DNA from: an uncultured Nitrososphaerota archaeon
GTDB taxonomy: Archaea; Thermoproteota; Nitrososphaeria; Nitrososphaerales; Nitrosopumilaceae
Assembly: GCA_963824385.1 (NCBI GenBank)
Contig: CAWGPD010000002.1
Span: 1-64,000 of the forward strand
Direction of reading: 5' to 3'
Length of the DNA stretch: 64,000 nt
Every line of letters begins with the position of its first letter. The stretch's first letter is position 1. Below, in pieces: positions 56,891-64,000 of the stretch. The translations under genes and the position numbers were made by a program. The notes below the pieces were generated by a model that saw only the letters and a program-made list of their open reading frames with translations, was not told where the DNA came from and did no database searches.

Positions 56891-57117
56891 GTTATTCGAT
56901 ATTTTATAGTAATAGTAAATATTTAAGCATGGATCAAAAATTTTTATAATTTTAAGACATCTTTTATGAAATAATTATTTTTTGGCCTTATTTGGAGCCA
57001 GATAGTTTTCAAGAAAAAAATGAAAAACACTATAAATATCTATCGTTCTTTTACATCTTGATATAAAGATCATCCTTAAATGAAAGATCGGTAAATTTTT
57101 TACGAATTTCGGTATTT

Positions 57118-57741
57118 TTAGCCCATTCTTGAAAGTGGAAGTATAAGATGTCTGTAACCTTCTCTTTGTGTAATACATCTGGCAGATATCTTATCACGTT
57201 CTCCCCTTTTGTTATAATTTCTTATCTTCAATGATGTTTTATGCTCATCCACAAATTCTAGTTCAAAGTGTGAACAGAATTGAAGATTAAGTGAATTTAC
57301 AATGTGCCTAGCAATTCTCATGGTACCATTTCCGACTTTGACAACTTTTTTTTGAGCGTTAATTCCTGCCAAAATTTTGACAATGTGTGATACCAGATCA
57401 TCAATAGAGGTATAAAATGAACTCTCAATTTCTTTTTCATAGTAAAAAACGGATAGTCCTATTCTACTACCCGGATCAATTCCGATTACTAGTGAACTCT
57501 TGTTAAGTCCCGATTGTAATTTTTTGACTATTTTTGCTTTTACAATAGTAGGATGATGATCGAACTCGTCATCTAAAAGAACTAGATTGGTTGGAATTTG
57601 TAATGATTCAGGCATGGTAGTAAGAATTAGTCTTTTATCTGAACAAGTAATTTCTTCAGGTAAGACAGAATCATAATTTAATTTAAGATATTTCAAAACA
57701 TTTACAAATTTAAAATATGATTTTCCAGATACCGTTGCCAC
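57118..57741 (-). CDS. Hypothetical protein with RNase H-like/YqgF-type motifs
   Basis: VIGIDPG, VGNG, VDEHKTS, D..SA. Confidence 0.6.
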   Translation of the reverse strand: MATVSGKSYFKFVNVLKYLKLNYDSVLPEEITCSDKRLILTTMPESLQIPTNLVLLDDEFDHHPTIVKAKIVKKLQSGLNKSSLVIGIDPGSRIGLSVFYYEKEIESSFYTSIDDLVSHIVKILAGINAQKKVVKVGNGTMRIARHIVNSLNLQFCSHFELEFVDEHKTSLKIRNYNKRGERDKISARCITQREGYRHLILPLSRMG

Positions 57742-57833
57742 TGCTATGTTATTTTGTGGTTGGTAGGGTATGATTAAGTACGCATCCTAGAAAATTTAAG
57801 GATTGTTTGTGTGTTGTTATTGATCAATGAATT

Positions 57834-58175
57834 TCATTTAGTTGTCAATAGAAGTATTGCTCGTGCAAGATCCCCCTTTGCTTCAGTTAAGGCATTTGTT
57901 GCCTCTTCTGGAGATACATTAGCCTGTTGTGCTACAAGTAGTATGTCTTCTTGACTAAAGATAGGTACTTCAAGTTCTCTTTCTTCATAGCTTTCGGCAA
58001 TTATTTGGAAAATTGAATTATCTTTTGCCTTCATTTCTGTAACTGACGGTTTTGTAATTATGATTTCTTTTGTATCTGTCTTAATTATGACCTCTTGTAC
58101 ATTCTGTACGTCTTTCATTTCAAGGCCCATTTTGTCCAACATTCTCCGCATCTCGCGGTTTCCCCCACGCATCAT
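57834..58175 (-). CDS. nac: Nascent polypeptide-associated complex protein
   Basis: MRRMLDKMG, EVII, UBA-like GDLARAIL. Confidence 0.92.
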   Translation of the reverse strand: MMRGGNREMRRMLDKMGLEMKDVQNVQEVIIKTDTKEIIITKPSVTEMKAKDNSIFQIIAESYEERELEVPIFSQEDILLVAQQANVSPEEATNALTEAKGDLARAILLLTTK

Positions 58176-58182
58176 GGTATAT

Positions 58183-58659
58183 TCATACTCCACTGTTTGT
58201 ACTTTTTAAACTATCTCTGATCTTCACAGCTACTCCTTTTTTAAACGACAGTATCATTCTTGCAGATAATACAGCCTTACCCACCGCTATTACTTTGTTA
58301 TTATGAAGAACTGCTACATCTCCACCTATCATTATGTTCTTTCCACACCAAGTAACATGCTTACAAAATACAGAGCTTCCTTCTTGAACAAAGGCCTTCG
58401 AGTCATCATCAATTTCAAGACAGTTTTCTTTGAACTTTTTACTCTTCATGAGTATCTGAGCAAAAAATGGTGTAATAGCAAGACCACCATCTGTTCTTAA
58501 CGTACAAAGTAAGGCATCATTTTGGTGTACATGTTTTATTCGTCCTGTATTCTTTGAATACGTGATCATTACGTACTTTGGAAGATATTTTGATACTCCT
58601 TGACCAAAAAGTGCATCCAATGTATACCTGATTTTAAGGACTGAATCCATGTGATTCAT
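58183..58659 (-). CDS. Stand-alone PUA-domain protein (arcTGT C-terminal-like)
   Basis: TGRIK, LRTDG, SVFCKHV, AVGKA, GVAVKIR. Confidence 0.8.
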   Translation of the reverse strand: MNHMDSVLKIRYTLDALFGQGVSKYLPKYVMITYSKNTGRIKHVHQNDALLCTLRTDGGLAITPFFAQILMKSKKFKENCLEIDDDSKAFVQEGSSVFCKHVTWCGKNIMIGGDVAVLHNNKVIAVGKAVLSARMILSFKKGVAVKIRDSLKSTNSGV

Positions 58660-58701
58660 TTCATTTACCCGTGTTAATTATTTTTGCAACATGAAAATGA
58701 C

Positions 58702-58730
58702 CTATATAGTAATCCCTAACAACTATATAG
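58702..58730. promoter_or_regulatory. Paired CTATATAG palindromes upstream of the AbrB-PhoU regulator
   Basis: CTATATAG at 58702-58709 and 58723-58730, 21-bp period. Confidence 0.5.
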
Positions 58731-58751
58731 AATAATCATTACACGTATAAT

Positions 58752-59795
58752 ATGGGATCAAATGAAGAGATGCGAAAAATACAGTTTACAGGTAAATCAT
58801 CATACATTGTTTCACTTCCAAAACAATGGATAATGGATATGGGTCTTAAACAAGGAGACCAGGTTGCTGTAGTTAGACAAGGAGTTTCCAATTTACAAAT
58901 TGTACCATTAAAACATCATAACAAACCTGCAGGTACAGAAGAAGCAACAATTGAGATCAAACCAGAAGACGCAGATTCTACAATAGTTAGGAAATTAATT
59001 TCACTGTATCTTCTTGGATTTACTATAATAAACATAAAATCAAAAGTCGGAAGATTAAAGCCATCTCAAAGAAATTCTATCAAAGATGCAGTAAAGGGCA
59101 TTTTAATGGGAACTGAGATTACTGCTGATTCGATTGAGGGAATTACTATTCAAGTACTCATTAATTTATTTGAACTTTCAGTTGATGGTGCACTAAAAAG
59201 GATGTTAATAATAGCAAAATCAATGCAAAATGATGCACTACTTGCGCAAGAAGAAGCAAATTTTGATCTAGCAAAAGAGGTCATAAACAGCGATGATGAA
59301 GTAGATAGATTCAGTTTTTACATCATGAGGCAGCTCAAGATAGCCATACAAAATGAACATATGTTAAATGAAATGGGAATAGAGAGTCCCTATCATTGCT
59401 TGGGATATAGACTAATAGTAAAAAACATAGAACGTGTAGGAGATCATGCAACAGAAATAGCAAAAGATTTACTTGAATATAAAAAACCAATCAAGAAATC
59501 AGTACTTGAACCCATACATGAAATGAATGCGTTTACCTTAGCAGTATTGGATGATGCTTGCTTATCACTATTCAAAAAGGAATCCAATCATGCAGAACGA
59601 ACGATACAAAAAACAGCTGAAATTTCAAAATATGAAAAAAAGGTACAAGACAGTATGAAAACATTGAGAGATGCTGAAGAGATCTACAGAGTAAGAAGAA
59701 TGAGTGAAAACATTCGAAGAATATCAGAGTATGCAAGTGATATAGCAGAAATTGTACTTGATGTAACTATAGAAAAGACTCTTCGAAAGCAATAA
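58752..59795 (+). CDS. phoU: AbrB-domain/PhoU phosphate regulator
   Basis: RKIQFTGKSSYIVSLPK.W, DDEVDR, IERVGDHA. Confidence 0.9.
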   Translation: MGSNEEMRKIQFTGKSSYIVSLPKQWIMDMGLKQGDQVAVVRQGVSNLQIVPLKHHNKPAGTEEATIEIKPEDADSTIVRKLISLYLLGFTIINIKSKVGRLKPSQRNSIKDAVKGILMGTEITADSIEGITIQVLINLFELSVDGALKRMLIIAKSMQNDALLAQEEANFDLAKEVINSDDEVDRFSFYIMRQLKIAIQNEHMLNEMGIESPYHCLGYRLIVKNIERVGDHATEIAKDLLEYKKPIKKSVLEPIHEMNAFTLAVLDDACLSLFKKESNHAERTIQKTAEISKYEKKVQDSMKTLRDAEEIYRVRRMSENIRRISEYASDIAEIVLDVTIEKTLRKQ

Positions 59796-59821
59796 GATAG
59801 CGAAGGGACGGTTATACAATA

Positions 59822-60950
59822 TTGAAAGATTCTGCCATTCTCATAACATATGATAGAGAAGATGCTCTAAAAGAAGCACTGGGTCTTTGTGATGCTGCAG
59901 GATATGAGGTTCGTAAGGTCATACAACATCGATTTTTAAACAAGTCAAAGTATGGTCTTGGAGAAGGAAAGGTAGAGGAACTTAGAGAAATGTTGAGTAC
60001 AGTAAAACCTGATGTAATAATCTTTGATGAAATTCTCAAACCAAGTCAGAATTATAATTTAGCCTCTACTCTTAAAATGAACATTCTGGATAGGGAAGCT
60101 CTAATTCTTCAGATCTTTGAACGTAGAGCAAAGAGTTCAGAATCAACATTACAAGTAAAAATGGCACAGTTAAGATATGAGATGTCAAGAGCTAGAGAAA
60201 AAGTTAGACTGGCAAAGATGGGAGAACAGCCAGGATTCATGGGAATAGGAAAGTTCGAAGTTGATGTCTACTTTAATGACATCAAAAATAGAATGAACGG
60301 TGTAAAAACAAAATTAGTAAAGGCATCAACTCAACGTGCTCTTCATAGACAAGCAAGAGAAAGATTTGGATTCAAAACGATCTCACTTGCAGGGTATACA
60401 TCAGCAGGAAAAACTACACTTTTCAACATATTAACAGGAGAAGAAAAAGAAGAAAGTCCAAAACTTTTCACTACTCTATCTACAACTACACGAAAGATCA
60501 CTCTCAAAAACTCTGAAGTTTTAATTTCAGATACTGTAGGTTTCATAAGCAAGCTTCCATCATACATGGTAGCAGCATTCAAGTCAACTCTTGAAGAACT
60601 TGTGTATACAGATGTTGTAATAGTTGTAATTGATGTTAGTGACGACATTTTAGAACTAAGAAAAAAATTCAGGAGACTGTATTTCTACTTTAGACGAAAT
60701 TGGAGTAAGTAAAGATAAAATGATTTTTGTTCTAAACAAGTCAGACTTGATTTCAAAAGAACAAGTTGCAGAGAGAGCTAAAGAATTAGGTATGGATGAT
60801 TATAAAAAATGGTTACCAGTATCTTCCATAACTAGATATAATATTAATCAATTAAAGACGCTAGTATTCGAGGCAATAGATGCAATACCTATAACAGGAA
60901 GAAAAACTGAAATATCAAAACCACAGAAGCAAAGAAAATTACAAAGATGA
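59822..60950 (+). CDS. hflX: GTPase HflX (frameshift at 60676)
   Basis: [34 protein letters not shown]. Confidence 0.93.
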
Positions 60951-61486
60951 AGATCGAAGTTTTACGCATAGGTACACGCCTTGTCAGAGATGACAGAGTA
61001 ACAACACATGTCACTCTAGTATCAAGAGCATTTGGCGCCTCAAAAATATACATGTATGATGCAAATCCGGAGATCAAAGAAACTATTTCCAAAGTAAATA
61101 AAATGTGGGGTAGCGATTTCAAAATAGAAATTATTGAGAATTGGAAAGATATTGTCAGATTAAAAAAGAAAGAGTCGTTTAAAATAGTTCATTTGACAAT
61201 GTATGGTGAGAATATTAACACTATACAAGATGAGATACGAAAAGAAGAAAATATTTTGATAATTGTTGGGGCAGAAAAAGTTCCAAGAGAGGCATATGAC
61301 ATGTCTGATTACAATGTAGCAATTGGAAATCAGCCACATTCAGAGATTTCAGCCCTTGCAATCTTACTAGATAGGATTTTACAAGGTCAATATCTTGAGA
61401 AAAAGTATTCTGATGGAGAACGAGAAATAGTACCAACAAAAAAAGGGAAAAACGTAATTACTAAAACTGCTATTTCAGATGATTAA
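60947..61486 (+). CDS. trm56: tRNA (cytidine56-2'-O)-methyltransferase
   Basis: RDDRVTTH, HLTMYG, GAEKVP, NQPHSE. Confidence 0.95.
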   Translation: MKIEVLRIGTRLVRDDRVTTHVTLVSRAFGASKIYMYDANPEIKETISKVNKMWGSDFKIEIIENWKDIVRLKKKESFKIVHLTMYGENINTIQDEIRKEENILIIVGAEKVPREAYDMSDYNVAIGNQPHSEISALAILLDRILQGQYLEKKYSDGEREIVPTKKGKNVITKTAISDD

Positions 61487-61566
61487 ATATTTTGATAGAT
61501 AGTATTGGATAAAAAAACAGGTTTAAAACCATTGATTAAATATGGACATCAGGAAGTAAATGTACA

Positions 61567-62076
61567 ATGTCGGTTGAACATGAGGATCCTTTTGTAAAAA
61601 TTGCCGCATTAATTGGAGGAGATGAATATCTCAAAGTTGCTCGCTCTCTACTTAACACAGAGGATGCAACTGATGAAGAAATTGCAAGCTCGACTGGACT
61701 TAGAATCAACATAGTTAGGAAGGTTTTGTATGATCTTTTTGGTAAAGCTTTGATAACAGGAATAAGAGTAAAGGACGAAAAGAAAGGATGGTTTGTCTAT
61801 AGATGGAGAGCAAGAAGAGATGAGGTAGATAATTTCATTGAGAATCAAAAGAAAAAGATTGTAGAAAGATTACAACATAGAGTAGATTATGAAAACTCTG
61901 CAGACTTTTATCATTGTGGAAATGAAGACTGTCAAAAACTAACTTTTGAAAAAGCCCTTGATCTTTCCTTCAAATGTCCAACTTGTGGAAAATTAGTAAA
62001 TCTCTCAAAAAATGAAAAGCTCAAAAAAGCATTACAAAGCAAAATTAATCAGCTACGTGATGATCTAAAACACTAA
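61567..62076 (+). CDS. tfe: Transcription factor E alpha
   Basis: TDEEIA, VRKVLYDL, GWFVYRW, FKCPTCG. Confidence 0.93.
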   Translation: MSVEHEDPFVKIAALIGGDEYLKVARSLLNTEDATDEEIASSTGLRINIVRKVLYDLFGKALITGIRVKDEKKGWFVYRWRARRDEVDNFIENQKKKIVERLQHRVDYENSADFYHCGNEDCQKLTFEKALDLSFKCPTCGKLVNLSKNEKLKKALQSKINQLRDDLKH

Positions 62077-62717
62077 GAAGTATAATGTAAAACTATTTCA
62101 TTTTGTATTTTCTCAATCTTTTTTAATTTAAAAGAATCAGGTATTTCTCCAAAACCATCACCTTCAACTAGAGAAATTGCAGTACTACCTCCAATAACGT
62201 ATGGTGTGACTGTTAGTATAATTTCATCCACTAGTTTTTCCTTAAAAAAATACCAGTTTGTCGTACCTCCACCTTCAACAATAATTCTCTTGATTCCTTT
62301 TTTTTCTAGTATTTTTAATAGTTTCTTTAGATCGATTTTGTTTTTTCCACATCTTATTATTTCAACTCCTTTTGCAATAAATCTCTCAACTGTTCTTGGA
62401 GCATTTTCTGATACGACAAGTATGGTAGGAATTTTTTTTGCAGTTTCTATCACTCTGGATTTATCAGATAAACTTCCCTTTGAATCAAGAATTACACGAA
62501 TGGGATTTTTTCCTTTTACATATCGGACAGTAAGTAGAGGATCATCGATACTTATCGTATTTCTTCCTACAAGTATTGCATCAACTGTCTTTCTGAGTTT
62601 ATGAACTCGTATCAAATCTTGTTTGGATGAGAGATTAGATTTTCCCATGCGGGTAGCTAATTTTCCATCTATACTCATAGCAGCACTAACTATTACGTAA
62701 GGTCTAGATTTTGCCAT
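62073..62717 (-). CDS. arfC: 2,5-diamino-6-ribosylamino-4(3H)-pyrimidinone 5'-phosphate reductase
   Basis: AMSIDGK, DAILVG, DDPLLTVR, VEGGG; reductase domain only. Confidence 0.88.
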   Translation of the reverse strand: MAKSRPYVIVSAAMSIDGKLATRMGKSNLSSKQDLIRVHKLRKTVDAILVGRNTISIDDPLLTVRYVKGKNPIRVILDSKGSLSDKSRVIETAKKIPTILVVSENAPRTVERFIAKGVEIIRCGKNKIDLKKLLKILEKKGIKRIIVEGGGTTNWYFFKEKLVDEIILTVTPYVIGGSTAISLVEGDGFGEIPDSFKLKKIEKIQNEIVLHYTS

Positions 62718-63894
62718 GAACTAATTTTCCTTCATACATTACTGCTTTTATTGTATTTTCTGAGGCACGTTGAACGATTGAGGCATGAGGATTATGCATT
62801 GGTTCCAAATCTATTGAATGTTTTTCAATAAATATACAGTCTGCTATTTTGTTATTTTGAATGACTCCTACTTTATTACCTAAAAGATTTGAAGCGTTTG
62901 TAGTTGCCATTTGAAGTATATTTTTTGGCATTAGTCGTTTTTTCTTAATACCCATTGAGACTTTCCAGAGATAATCCATCTCTCTGAACATATCAGGTGA
63001 GTTTATCATAACATTATCAGTTCCAATTGCTACATTACAACCAGTATCAAGCATTAGATTCACATCAGGAATACCTTCTGCAAGAGAACCATTGGCTCTT
63101 GGACATATTACAATGTTTATCTTGTTTTTATATACAATTGCAAGATCTTTTTTTGAGGCATATGTCATATGAACCAAAAAGTGGGGTTTTGAAAGGAGGG
63201 CTCTTTGAGTCTCAGTTTTTCCATACTGCTTTTGAGATATTTTGTTACTTTCTTCAGTCTCAGCTGAATGTATAGCACGAATCTTTCTTGTTGTTGCAAA
63301 ATATTTTATCGTAGAATTACTAAATTCATTTGGACCACTGATTCCAAGTCCATCACATGCAGTCAGAAGATTTTTCAGATCTAATTTTTTTAATTCCGGC
63401 ATAGACGTATTGTTCTTGATAGATTTTGAATCTTGATAATATTCAATTCTTCCCAAGATTATAGGTCTTATAGGAATATTTGATATTGCATTTTTTAATA
63501 GATTAATTCCCTCAGTACCACCTTCTCGAAAATCAATGAATGATGTTATGCCTTTTCTAATCATTGAAATGCATGAATTTTTCATAAAACTTGTTAGATG
63601 AGATTTATCTGAATTCTTGAGAATTTTTTGTTTGAATCCACTAACTGGATGTATCTTTTCCTCAACGTCAGAGTCTATGCCTATGTCTTTTGCTATAGAA
63701 TCTCCAATATGTGTATGAGAATTAATTAATCCAGGCATCATTAACAGACCTTCGCAGTCAAGTACCTGTTCATCTTTATGAGGTAAGAGTTTTTTTCCTA
63801 TTTGCCCAATGTGTTTTCCAGAAATTCTTACATGAGTACTTGGAATATACTCAAGTTCTCTACCATAAAGAAGACTGATATTTTTTATCAGCAT
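62704..63894 (-). CDS. Metal-dependent amidohydrolase
   Basis: PGLINSHTH, IHSAE, VH, GTDN, AD. Confidence 0.85.
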   Translation of the reverse strand: MLIKNISLLYGRELEYIPSTHVRISGKHIGQIGKKLLPHKDEQVLDCEGLLMMPGLINSHTHIGDSIAKDIGIDSDVEEKIHPVSGFKQKILKNSDKSHLTSFMKNSCISMIRKGITSFIDFREGGTEGINLLKNAISNIPIRPIILGRIEYYQDSKSIKNNTSMPELKKLDLKNLLTACDGLGISGPNEFSNSTIKYFATTRKIRAIHSAETEESNKISQKQYGKTETQRALLSKPHFLVHMTYASKKDLAIVYKNKINIVICPRANGSLAEGIPDVNLMLDTGCNVAIGTDNVMINSPDMFREMDYLWKVSMGIKKKRLMPKNILQMATTNASNLLGNKVGVIQNNKIADCIFIEKHSIDLEPMHNPHASIVQRASENTIKAVMYEGKLVHGKI

Positions 63895-64000
63895 GTTATC
63901 TCTAGAATTCGTGTATCTTTTTTTCCTGAATCTCTCAGTTCGCGGATCTTATCTAATGATTGAGTAGCCAACTTGGCTGCATCTCTTCCAGTTTTTGCTG
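63888..64000 (-). CDS. C-terminal end of a probable GTP cyclohydrolase III (partial)
   Basis: Manual translation AKTGRDAAKLATQSLDKIRELRD..ITC*, resembling the ArfA C-terminus; riboflavin context. Confidence 0.55.
   Translation of the reverse strand, partial: AKTGRDAAKLATQSLDKIRELRDSGKKDTRILEITC

Noticed and set aside
58833..58842. Perfect match of the sRNA D' guide to phoU mRNA (ATGGATATGG)
   Set aside because: One 10-nt AT-rich match in 64 kb is compatible with chance; the rRNA and tRNA targets are not visible here.
752..60950. Mass pseudogenisation or programmed frameshifting of dnaK, cdc48, gatE, guaB, tiaS and others
   Set aside because: The genes are essential and otherwise undecayed. 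The breaks are single-base, occur on either strand at one palindromic DNA motif and lack slippery sites, which fits sequencing artefact.

Overview
Core-genome segment of an AT-rich ammonia-oxidising archaeon (Nitrososphaerota/Thaumarchaeota; a Nitrosotalea/Nitrosopumilales-like placement is inferred from gene content, not from a search). It carries housekeeping genes: pelota, tRNA thiolase, uL2, Cdc48, GatDE, grpE-dnaK-dnaJ, a his operon, class II HMG-CoA reductase, tiaS, guaAB, folP/mptE, thermosome, late cobalamin genes, asd, ubiD, hflX, trm56, TFE and the end of a riboflavin operon. RNA genes are SRP RNA, tRNA-Leu(CAG), an initiator tRNA-Met with two introns, and an unannotated box C/D sRNA whose D guide fits C34 of tRNA-Leu(CAA). 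I saw no mobile element or CRISPR array. About 27 single-base frameshifts break conserved genes and about 24 lie in or beside AGCT, which reads as a DNA-methylation footprint in long-read consensus errors rather than real pseudogenes. The best candidate systems are: a threonine-synthase-like gene coupled to a ubiquitin-like/E1 fusion (possible sulfur-carrier homocysteine route) with an upstream palindrome; a CobQ lacking its glutaminase domain; an amidohydrolase in the ArfB position; and a Zn-finger protein with a histone-H1-like repeat tail.
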